A program made the position numbers and the translations under genes. Positions 57,069 to 64,000 of a stretch of DNA of 64,000 bases are shown one piece after another (within the stretch, counting starts at the first letter, position 1; every line of letters starts with the position of its first letter). This stretch comes from a virus, in the IMG/VR virus record IMGVR_UViG_3300045988_122031, positions 29,757 to 93,756 of that record; one strand, given 5' to 3'. The notes below the pieces were generated by a model that saw only the letters and a program-made list of their open reading frames with translations, was not told the DNA's origin and did not search any database.

Positions 57069-57302
57069 CTATCTGCAAATAGATCCATCTGCATTGACAA
57101 GCTTATTTTCCATTTCTGCGTTGTTGTCTGCAATATTGTGTAACACATAATACAGCAGATCATCTTTTTTAGACAATTTTCCAACGCTTTCGGTTAACAT
57201 TTCCATATCTTCTTTATAATCATCTACAAACGTGTCATAGTCCATTCCTAAAGACATATTAAATAAGATGTTTGCGATTCTTTTTGCTTCTTTGTTTTCC
57301 AT
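57069..57302 (-). CDS. Small hypothetical protein
   Basis: 77-aa ORF. Confidence 0.45.
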   Translation of the reverse strand: MENKEAKRIANILFNMSLGMDYDTFVDDYKEDMEMLTESVGKLSKKDDLLYYVLHNIADNNAEMENKLVNADGSICR

Positions 57303-57316
57303 AACTAATCACTCTC

Positions 57317-57988
57317 CTATTCTTTAATCTCGTTTGCAATGTCGTTTCTTGTTCCTCTGATAGAGCATCCTTCTGTATCATGTCGCATCAGGATCTCGTA
57401 AATCTGTTCCTCCTCTTCCTCTGTTAGAGAAAATCCTCCCCAATATCCATAATCATTCTCTCCGTGACACATAACGATTCCGATAATTTCCTGTTTTGTT
57501 TCTGCATTCATAATTCTTCCATCCTGTTCTTCTACGTCAATCCATTCTGGTTCTCCATCAATGTAACATCCGCAATCTTCTGCCCCAAACTCTAATTCAG
57601 TAGGGTTAAAAGTGATATTATCCATCATGTATGTTTTAATTTCATTTTTTGTAAGATCTACATTGTATTTTTCTGCAACCGCTGTGTAAAAATCATCAAG
57701 TATATACGCATCAGGGTTTTCCATGATACCGCTAATACTAAATTCTTCTGCATAATATTTTCCGTTGATTTCTACGATGTCACGCCATGTGAATTTGTGT
57801 TCCTTAAATTCATTAATAATGTCACTTGCAATCATTCCAATAATCGGCTGTTTTCCGCATTGCTGTCGTTCTAGCTCGCAGTTAACTAATTCCAATACAT
57901 CAATATCCAGTCCGTTCTCTGTTTTTACGATTGCACTATAATAATCTCTATATTTGTTCATAATTTCCACCTCATATCTTTCTTCCAA
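57317..57988 (-). CDS. Hypothetical protein, paralog of 58376..58831 with a C-terminal extension
   Basis: Shared blocks YRDYYSAIVKTENGLDIDV / LNEFK.H.FTW.DIV..NGK.Y.EEF.ISG.M / DCGCYIDG.PEW. Confidence 0.55.
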   Translation of the reverse strand: MEERYEVEIMNKYRDYYSAIVKTENGLDIDVLELVNCELERQQCGKQPIIGMIASDIINEFKEHKFTWRDIVEINGKYYAEEFSISGIMENPDAYILDDFYTAVAEKYNVDLTKNEIKTYMMDNITFNPTELEFGAEDCGCYIDGEPEWIDVEEQDGRIMNAETKQEIIGIVMCHGENDYGYWGGFSLTEEEEEQIYEILMRHDTEGCSIRGTRNDIANEIKE

Positions 57989-58000
57989 ATCTGCATTTTA

Positions 58001-58288
58001 TTATCCGACTAATTCTAAGTATCCAGCCTTCACAAGATCCTCTTTTTGTGATAATGGCTGCGGTACATACTGCATACCCTTTTCTCGATCGTAGTCGTAA
58101 TACCATACACTGTATTCTTCAATCGGTTCCAATATATGGATCGCAAGACTAACTTCCATTACGTTTACCGCCTGAACGCAAGCGTTCTTCATATCTTCTA
58201 AACTACATAATGTGCTGTATTGTGGTTTTAATTTTTCCACAAAATCTTCAAAGTCTAATCTTTCATACTCTTCTCTGCTAACTTTCAT
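58001..58288 (-). CDS. Hypothetical protein
   Basis: 95-aa ORF. Confidence 0.5.
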   Translation of the reverse strand: MKVSREEYERLDFEDFVEKLKPQYSTLCSLEDMKNACVQAVNVMEVSLAIHILEPIEEYSVWYYDYDREKGMQYVPQPLSQKEDLVKAGYLELVG

Positions 58289-58375
58289 TCGTTCTTACCT
58301 CGTTTCTTTCCATTAAAAAAAGGAAGATACATTTCTGCATCTTCCTAGATTACTTTGTTCTTATTTAATTTTCCG

Positions 58376-58831
58376 CTAGTCTATACACCATTCAGGCGTT
58401 CCGTCAATATAGCAACCACAATCTCCGGCAAGAATAATTTCCGTTGGATTTAATGGTATATTATCCATTGTATATGTCTTAATATCCTTCGGACTAACAT
58501 CATACTTCTTTGCTACAGCTTCTAAAAAATCATCAATCTGATATGTATTTTTATCATCCATCAAACCACTAATCATGAACTCTTCTTCATATAATTTTCC
58601 ATTGACTTGTACGATATCTTTCCATGTAAAATGATGTTTCTTGAATTCATTTAAAGTGTCTTTGGCAAACGATTTTCCAAAGCATCCATCTTTGCAATCG
58701 CAACTACTACAATCTATATAAGAATGATGATTGCAAGTATTATTACATTTGTTTACGTCAATATCTAATCCGTGATCTGTTTTTGTAATTGCATGGTAAT
58801 AATCTTTATATCTAAGCATATTTTCCACCAT
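58376..58831 (-). CDS. Hypothetical protein, paralog of 57317..57988
   Basis: See 57317..57988. It has an extra Cys-rich insert (CNNTCNHHSYIDCSSCDCKDGC). Confidence 0.55.
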   Translation of the reverse strand: MVENMLRYKDYYHAITKTDHGLDIDVNKCNNTCNHHSYIDCSSCDCKDGCFGKSFAKDTLNEFKKHHFTWKDIVQVNGKLYEEEFMISGLMDDKNTYQIDDFLEAVAKKYDVSPKDIKTYTMDNIPLNPTEIILAGDCGCYIDGTPEWCID

Positions 58832-58833
58832 CC

Positions 58834-59196
58834 TTATTCACATTCTTTCTTTCCGATAAGCTGAATAATGCAACCAAAATCTCCAGCACGATATACTCTA
58901 ATTTTGTCTGCCTTATAATCTGCCATCAATCCTACATCGTCATAGATTTTGAGCCATGCCCTGAATCCTGATGATGTTTCAAATTCCATCTCTAAGGTAT
59001 AGTGATCTCCGATCTTTGCGTTCTCATCCACAATATAAGCATTATATCTTCCATCACAACCAAAATTTAAGATATTCGCCTTCAATCCGTCTTTTGTTGT
59101 GCCTACAAAAATTAAAGCCGCAATATCACTATCCCCAATAAATTCTCTATCGTATTCTTTATATGATTTCATAATTTCCACCTTCCTATTCTTCAT
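58834..59196 (-). CDS. Hypothetical protein
   Basis: 120-aa ORF. Confidence 0.5.
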   Translation of the reverse strand: MKNRKVEIMKSYKEYDREFIGDSDIAALIFVGTTKDGLKANILNFGCDGRYNAYIVDENAKIGDHYTLEMEFETSSGFRAWLKIYDDVGLMADYKADKIRVYRAGDFGCIIQLIGKKECE

Positions 59197-59665
59197 AATT
59201 TTCTAAATCCCAATGTTCTTTTAAAAGCTGGATCACAAACTCAGGATATCCCATAAAGTAATACCATTCATAAGATTCTTCTATCTGATCTAGTTCTTCT
59301 CTAGTAAGATCTTCACAATATTCTTCATTATATCCGTTTTCGTCTGCCCACGTTTCAAAATCCATTGCCGTTTTCTGAAAATCTTTAACCTTATCACTAA
59401 TCCGTTGCAAGTCGTTCTCTTCAATCGTGATTAAAGGTTTTCCATAATCATCGTAAAGATCTTCCCACAAATCATTATTCCATTGGATCTTTGGTTCGTG
59501 CTGGATATAAATGTTTGTTAATCCGTTTACATTCAATCCCGTTGTAGCTACTAATTTTCCAGTTTCTTTTTCTACGCCATAAAACATTCCCGGTTTTACA
59601 CAAAATCCACCGTAAGAGGCGTGTCTAAAATGTTCAGGCAAGATCAGTTCTTTGAACTCGTACAT
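59186..59665 (-). CDS. Hypothetical protein (start moved to the internal MYEFKEL Met; the track N-terminus overlaps a tRNA-like element)
   Basis: GAAGGA RBS before MYEFKEL. The upstream part of the track ORF covers the GGTTCGATTCC-containing element. Confidence 0.45.
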   Translation of the reverse strand: MYEFKELILPEHFRHASYGGFCVKPGMFYGVEKETGKLVATTGLNVNGLTNIYIQHEPKIQWNNDLWEDLYDDYGKPLITIEENDLQRISDKVKDFQKTAMDFETWADENGYNEEYCEDLTREELDQIEESYEWYYFMGYPEFVIQLLKEHWDLENYEE

Positions 59666-59745
59666 AATTTCCTTCTTTCTGCCTATCAGGACTTTAAATA
59701 TTAATAGTTTTCCTTTATTATACACGATAATTTCCATCGTGAAAA

Positions 59746-59827
59746 GTGACGGGATAGGAATCGAACCCACCGATAAAAGCACTCTTTTATCTACCATACG
59801 CCACCGTTTTTCCGTTCCAATACGTCA
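59746..59827 (-). other. tRNA-like element (canonical T-arm and acceptor 3' strand, degenerate 5' half): possible pseudo-tRNA or tRNA-derived site
   Basis: Minus strand ...GTGGG-TTCGATT-CCTAT-CCCGTCA-C, with an upstream TGACGTA pairing 5/7 to the acceptor. The anticodon arm is non-canonical (7-bp stem, 6-nt loop). Confidence 0.3.
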
Positions 59828-60130
59828 CTACCATCAACCAGTAGTACAGTCTTTCCGTTCATATAAAGTAACTATTAGCTTCAATAGTCGAGTCTTTCCG
59901 TTATGGTGTATACTCATATCATCATGAGTAGTAAAAGCCTTTAATTGGCTATGTAACTAAATAATTCTGACGGATCTTCTTTTAAAATTTCCGTCATGCC
60001 GTTAATTGCTTCTTCTTGCGTTCTGTATTTCCGAAAAATTCCGAACGTGTTCTTGAATAATAAGAAGTATTTGTAACCATGTAAGCTATCATCAATTCCA
60101 GCGTTCGGAGGATTTTCCGTAAAGTATAAC
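59800..60130. repeat. Cluster of TTTCCGT(T) direct repeats, including AGTCTTTCCGTT x2
   Basis: cgtTTTTCCGTTcc, cAGTCTTTCCGTTc, gAGTCTTTCCGTTa, aaTTTCCGTca, aTTTCCGaaaaaTTCCGaa and aTTTTCCGTaa. The same core recurs at 53395-53625. Confidence 0.4.
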
Positions 60131-60198
60131 GTGTGATACTTGCGTTCTACGTGACACGCTAATGATTCCATAGTTGTTCTGCGACTCATTCTTTCCAC
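59941..60198 (-). CDS. Hypothetical protein
   Basis: 85-aa ORF. Confidence 0.45.
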   Translation of the reverse strand: MERMSRRTTMESLACHVERKYHTLYFTENPPNAGIDDSLHGYKYFLLFKNTFGIFRKYRTQEEAINGMTEILKEDPSELFSYIAN

Positions 60199-60205
60199 CT
60201 ACTTT

Positions 60206-60403
60206 CTAATCTTCTTTATATTTAAAATAAACGTCTACATTGTTCTTATCATCGTGGCTCCAACTAGATCCAACGTATTTTCCACTCATACCACAATCTT
60301 CTAAATCGTACTCACAACATAAGTCATTGTATTCATCGGGCGTATTACAAAAAATTTCTGTTCTACCATCTGTATAAGTGTTTCTTACGATCATAATTTC
60401 CAC
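60206..60403 (-). CDS. Small hypothetical protein
   Basis: 65-aa ORF. Confidence 0.45.
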   Translation of the reverse strand: MEIMIVRNTYTDGRTEIFCNTPDEYNDLCCEYDLEDCGMSGKYVGSSWSHDDKNNVDVYFKYKED

Positions 60404-60862
60404 CTACTTTCTTGTATTTAACATTTTCTTTCTAAAATCTTTTATTTGTTCCATCGTTAACCATTTAGGTTTTTGTTCGTCTGTAAATGAATTCCATATT
60501 TTTTCCATCTCATCGCAATGTTTTTCAATGCTTTCTTTATATAAGTATTTCTTACAACCGTTTCCATTTCTTAAGAAGTATTCGCAATCTGCTTTTAATC
60601 TACTTAGAAACTGATAATCACGTTCTCTAAGATTCCTTGAAAATGGTTTATCGCATTTGATTTCTTGCATTACTGACTGATTTGGTTCACCACAAATATC
60701 TCCAAGTTCATCCATGTAAGCACCAGTGTATAAGTCAAGTCCATTTTTCCCATCGTTTATGTCAAAATATAGCTTTTCGTTTTCATCTTTATAGCATGGA
60801 TATTCCATAAATCCACCACCAAAACCGACGAATTTTACTGTTAATGTATTTGTATTTTCCAT
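60404..60862 (-). CDS. Hypothetical protein
   Basis: 152-aa ORF. Confidence 0.5.
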   Translation of the reverse strand: MENTNTLTVKFVGFGGGFMEYPCYKDENEKLYFDINDGKNGLDLYTGAYMDELGDICGEPNQSVMQEIKCDKPFSRNLRERDYQFLSRLKADCEYFLRNGNGCKKYLYKESIEKHCDEMEKIWNSFTDEQKPKWLTMEQIKDFRKKMLNTRK

Positions 60863-60877
60863 GTTTCCACCGCCCTT

Positions 60878-61150
60878 CTATAATCTTTCCATCAGTTCTA
60901 CGGCTAAGATATACGCTACATACTTCCATACGTTCACATATCCGTTTAGATCTTCCAGCTTGCATTGTAATACCGTATGGATCATTCCATCGCAGAAGCC
61001 CTTGCTTTTAAGTTCTGCGATAAGATCTTTCTTTGCGATCGGTGGCAAGGCTGCGACTCTGATTTTTCCAATGTCAAAAGTGTTACGTTCTTCCTTTTCC
61101 ACTGTCTGAATCACTACCATGTTTGTTCTTGTCATCTTTAAAATTTCCAT
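60878..61150 (-). CDS. Hypothetical protein (start at MEILK with an AGGAGA RBS)
   Basis: AGGAGA 6 nt before the ATG at 61150. Confidence 0.45.
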   Translation of the reverse strand: MEILKMTRTNMVVIQTVEKEERNTFDIGKIRVAALPPIAKKDLIAELKSKGFCDGMIHTVLQCKLEDLNGYVNVWKYVAYILAVELMERL

Positions 61151-61160
61151 AATTATTCTC

Positions 61161-61397
61161 CTATTCTTCCTCATCTTCTATACATTCGCCACAATCTATT
61201 GCTTCATCTTTACAAGCATACAATATACCGCCAAATCCACAGTTACACTCCCAATCCTCAAACAATTCCTGGATAGAATCTCCATCGTTCATAAAATATC
61301 TGTCCATAGATTCCATTAAATCTTTTAATGAAAAACCGTGATCAATCATCCATTGTAACTGATACTGTTCATAAGTTTGTTTCTTTGAAATTTCCAT
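61161..61397 (-). CDS. Small acidic Cys-containing protein (start at MEISKK)
   Basis: AAGGAAGG RBS. CNCGFGG...CGEC. Confidence 0.45.
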   Translation of the reverse strand: MEISKKQTYEQYQLQWMIDHGFSLKDLMESMDRYFMNDGDSIQELFEDWECNCGFGGILYACKDEAIDCGECIEDEEE

Positions 61398-61416
61398 TTG
61401 ATATACACCTTCCTTT

Positions 61417-61722
61417 TTATAAATCATTTCTTAATGTTGTTAAATTCCATTCAATAAATGACGAATCATCGTTTACTTGTTCAATACGTGCAAAACTTCC
61501 ATCATCGGATATATCGACAAATAATCCATAATCACTATAATCCTTTTCAGAAACACTCATATCAATTTCCAATTCTCTACATTCTATGTTTAATTCATCC
61601 TGATATTGTTTTCTAATAAATGCAACCGCTTCTTCTTCTGTACTAAAAACATAAAGCGGTGAATCACAATCAAAACTGTAATAAACAGATACAAAGTATA
61701 AATCTTTTAAGTTCTTTTCCAT
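61417..61722 (-). CDS. Hypothetical protein (start reassigned to MEKNLK)
   Basis: AGGAGGAACGATAGAATG context. The track start overlapped the upstream ORF. Confidence 0.45.
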   Translation of the reverse strand: MEKNLKDLYFVSVYYSFDCDSPLYVFSTEEEAVAFIRKQYQDELNIECRELEIDMSVSEKDYSDYGLFVDISDDGSFARIEQVNDDSSFIEWNLTTLRNDL

Positions 61723-61735
61723 TCTATCGTTCCTC

Positions 61736-61939
61736 CTATTCATATAATTCATACGCAATTCGATTGACTTCATCTGTGATATTTTCCACAATAGATTCTT
61801 GACTTTTCGTGACGTTATCTTCACACCACGTTTTAAAATCTGATACCCCATTCTCTCCACAATCGTGAAAGAAATTTTCCATTAACTCTAACACTGCCGT
61901 TCTATCATAAATGTTTACTTTGACTTTAATTTTACCCAT
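61736..61939 (-). CDS. Small hypothetical protein (start reassigned to MGKIK)
   Basis: AGGAGGAACAATAGAATG, a near-identical 5' context to the next gene. Confidence 0.45.
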   Translation of the reverse strand: MGKIKVKVNIYDRTAVLELMENFFHDCGENGVSDFKTWCEDNVTKSQESIVENITDEVNRIAYELYE

Positions 61940-61956
61940 TCTATTGTTCCTCCTGG

Positions 61957-62181
61957 TTATTTCCACCAATTTTTATATACTTCTATAATGTCATCAGAAT
62001 TATTTTCAAAATCTTTTCCATGCTTATAGATTGATATATCAGTTGCTTTAATCTCATCACTATGTAACCACTTCATAGCTTCTCTAAGTTGTTCATAACC
62101 GTAAACTTCATAGCTATCCCTATATCCATTTTTATCTTCATAATAGATAAGATACGTTGCACGATGATTCATTTCTTCCAC
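61957..62181 (-). CDS. Small hypothetical protein
   Basis: 74-aa ORF. Confidence 0.45.
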   Translation of the reverse strand: MEEMNHRATYLIYYEDKNGYRDSYEVYGYEQLREAMKWLHSDEIKATDISIYKHGKDFENNSDDIIEVYKNWWK

Positions 62182-62188
62182 CTTCTTC

Positions 62189-62422
62189 CTATGCTGTAAT
62201 CAGTTCATAATCTTCCAGTAGCTCCATCAGGTTTGCTTTTTTCCATCTATGCAATACTCGATCACCCGTTTCATTTCTAATTGGTTTGGCAAGCTGATTT
62301 CCATTGTGATCTTTCTTCCATTGCATAAACTGTTTTACTGAGTTGTGATAGTGTCCATCGTTATGGACTTCTATATATTTATTTTTATTTCTTTTGTTTC
62401 TGTATATAGCAATCGTTGTCAT
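62189..62422 (-). CDS. Small basic hypothetical protein
   Basis: 77-aa ORF. Confidence 0.45.
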   Translation of the reverse strand: MTTIAIYRNKRNKNKYIEVHNDGHYHNSVKQFMQWKKDHNGNQLAKPIRNETGDRVLHRWKKANLMELLEDYELITA

Positions 62423-62426
62423 AGTT

Positions 62427-62744
62427 TTACGCTCCTTCCTTAACTTCCATTGCTATCCAATCAGCTTTCTTGATCTTTTCCATACCGTGGAACACTAAGA
62501 AGCCGTTTACATGGTTCATAGTTGTTGGGCTGTAATCGTTCCACAATCGGATAAGTTTTCCGTTGACTAACTTACAGACAATAGTTTCATATGATTTAAG
62601 CTCGTAACCATTGTCGATAACTCTTTCTTTTGCTTTACCGTAAAAACTCTTTCTTCCAGTAAGACAAGGAATATCATAAAATCCAGTGTACATTGTATTT
62701 TCTTTTCTCATAGTTCTAACCTTCTTTCTATCTGATTTTTCCAT
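62427..62744 (-). CDS. Hypothetical protein
   Basis: 105-aa ORF. Start uncertain. Confidence 0.45.
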   Translation of the reverse strand: MEKSDRKKVRTMRKENTMYTGFYDIPCLTGRKSFYGKAKERVIDNGYELKSYETIVCKLVNGKLIRLWNDYSPTTMNHVNGFLVFHGMEKIKKADWIAMEVKEGA

Positions 62745-63336
62745 TATCTGCGATCGCTTCTACGTCATCACAGTAACTATTACAAGGATTCCATACACAA
62801 TAGCTTGTTACGTGTTTTCCCTTGCGTACACGCTTGTTATAGGCAATGTAGTAGTTTTTTCCATACGTTCCATGCTTACCGCCGGCAGAAATACTTTTGA
62901 TAATTTCCACGTAAATCGTATGCCGTGTGGCACGTTCACGGATCATTTTATCCGTTAGTTTTCCAGTAGCAATATATTTAACCTTGTAGGCGTTTAGATC
63001 GTATTCATGCCGTATATAATCGTTTATAAGCTGGATATTCTTATTCTTTGCCGTGATCTTTACAATGCTATCATCGAGCTTGTTTCTAGTGCCGTGTGTG
63101 TTAAATTTTACAGTTACAACGGTAGTCCCTGGATAAGCATATGATTCCTTGCGTACTTTCCAACAATACCCATCTGCCGTGTCAATTGTACCGTCACTGT
63201 TATAAATGCCGTTTATCGTTCTGAATGTGTTTCTTTTTGTCTTTGCGTGTACTGTATTTTCCAGTATTAAAAAAGCCGTAAACATAAGTGCTACGGCTAA
63301 TAGGATCTTGATTGTTTTGTTATGTTTTGTTCTCAT
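62728..63336 (-). CDS. Secreted hypothetical protein (signal peptide)
   Basis: MRTKHNKTIKILLAVALMFTAFLILENTVHA. Start at 63336 with an AGAAGG RBS. Confidence 0.5.
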   Translation of the reverse strand: MRTKHNKTIKILLAVALMFTAFLILENTVHAKTKRNTFRTINGIYNSDGTIDTADGYCWKVRKESYAYPGTTVVTVKFNTHGTRNKLDDSIVKITAKNKNIQLINDYIRHEYDLNAYKVKYIATGKLTDKMIRERATRHTIYVEIIKSISAGGKHGTYGKNYYIAYNKRVRKGKHVTSYCVWNPCNSYCDDVEAIADNGKIR

Positions 63337-63355
63337 AATTGTTTTACCTTCTTTC

Positions 63356-63757
63356 TTAATATTCAAAATTCGGAAATAGTTCGTATAAATCTTCTTCATC
63401 TATGTATTTTCCATTAATTGTGATACTAACGGCATAGGATACAAAATATTTTCCATTATCATCTTCTAAACCATCATCATCTTCTTGTTTCCAAAAAGAA
63501 AAGCAACTACCACAAATACAAATATCTTTTGCTTCTAAATTGTTAATAAAATGCTGATTGATTTCATTAAGAACGAATTGTTCAAAATTGAAATTTTCCG
63601 CTTTTGCCAATGTGGATTTTCCCGTTAACCAGTCTGCATCTTTTCCACGTAAAGGATCAATAAGTTCTCCGTGTTCATTCTCTTGAAATATGTCGGCAGA
63701 AATCCCATGCAATTTAATTGTGTCAAGTTCTCTATATTTTTCAAAATTCATAATCAT
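63356..63757 (-). CDS. Hypothetical protein
   Basis: 133-aa ORF. Confidence 0.5.
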   Translation of the reverse strand: MIMNFEKYRELDTIKLHGISADIFQENEHGELIDPLRGKDADWLTGKSTLAKAENFNFEQFVLNEINQHFINNLEAKDICICGSCFSFWKQEDDDGLEDDNGKYFVSYAVSITINGKYIDEEDLYELFPNFEY

Positions 63758-63769
63758 TTACCTTCTTTC

Positions 63770-63964
63770 TTATTCTGTATCTGTATCATCATCAAAAAAT
63801 CCAACGCAAGCAAGCATATAGACAGCGGTAATCATTACCAACAACGCTTCTAATATAAAGGCTTGCGGGATCTTGATAAACGTAATAATAGCCATTGCGA
63901 TTCCTACAAGTGCAACGGCTATGTCTGTTAGTTTTGGTTTATGTAGTTGTGTTTTATTTTCCAT
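63770..63964 (-). CDS. Small membrane protein
   Basis: Two hydrophobic helices (IAVALVGIAMAIITFI; ILEALLVMITAVYMLACVGFF). Confidence 0.45.
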   Translation of the reverse strand: MENKTQLHKPKLTDIAVALVGIAMAIITFIKIPQAFILEALLVMITAVYMLACVGFFDDDTDTE

Positions 63965-64000
63965 TATGGTTCCTCCTGGTTTATGATAATGATAATATAG

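Noticed and set aside
1-64000. Genome-wide stop-codon reassignment as the explanation for the in-frame TAA in the helicase
   Set aside because: TAA terminates many well-supported genes in the window (nadE, Pol III alpha, sigma factors). Recoding would fragment many ORFs, and it does not.
1-64000. Interpretation of the window as a bacterial chromosomal segment
   Set aside because: Gene content (phage sigma factors, Bro-N/ANT antirepressors, DnaD-like organizer, full replisome set, many tiny early genes), near-total strand bias and overlapping stop/start codons indicate a phage or large mobile-element genome.

Overview
This 64 kb window reads as part of a large low-GC (Firmicutes-type) bacteriophage genome, with about 33% GC by eye. 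Almost every gene lies on the minus strand in tightly packed, often overlapping ORFs, so transcription runs from high to low coordinates. I see no rRNA and no CRISPR array.

Layout, in transcription order:
- 64000-53657: many small early-type hypothetical genes, plus two Bro-N/ORF6N antirepressor-like genes.
- 53335-53656: tandem intrinsic terminators and an iteron-like intergenic hub.
- 53334-44107: a DnaD-like replisome organizer, a tyrosine recombinase and a lambda-PPase-like phosphatase.
- 42467-44035: an AT-rich two-gene island with a MazF/EndoA-like toxin.
- 41938-42151: a candidate plus-strand sRNA.
- 33117-39372: an NAD+ salvage/reconstitution cluster (nadE, NAMPT-like, Prs-like, pncA-like).
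- 30507-32716: a flotillin (SPFH) gene with a membrane coiled-coil partner.
- 30239-30377: a tRNA(CAT)-like gene with an apparent 68-nt insertion.
- 29994-30197: the only convincing plus-strand gene, a lone XRE-HTH regulator.
- 26118-29829: small membrane, lipoprotein and J-domain genes.
- 15345-25270: two phage sigma factors, two nucleotidyltransferases, a DHH-DHHA1 phosphoesterase, a HigA-like HTH and a nucleoside deoxyribosyltransferase-like gene.
- 1-15133: the replication module, comprising an SSB-like protein, an AAA_24 ATPase, DnaB, a TOPRIM primase, RecJ, Pol III alpha, an ERCC4 nuclease, a RecD-like helicase interrupted by an in-frame TAA, a 3D-domain protein and the N-terminal part of NAD-dependent ligase.

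The strongest leads are the MazF-like module in the AT-rich island, a conserved palindromic promoter that occurs twice, the NAD+ reconstitution cluster, the phage flotillin, the interrupted tRNA and the plus-strand sRNA candidate.
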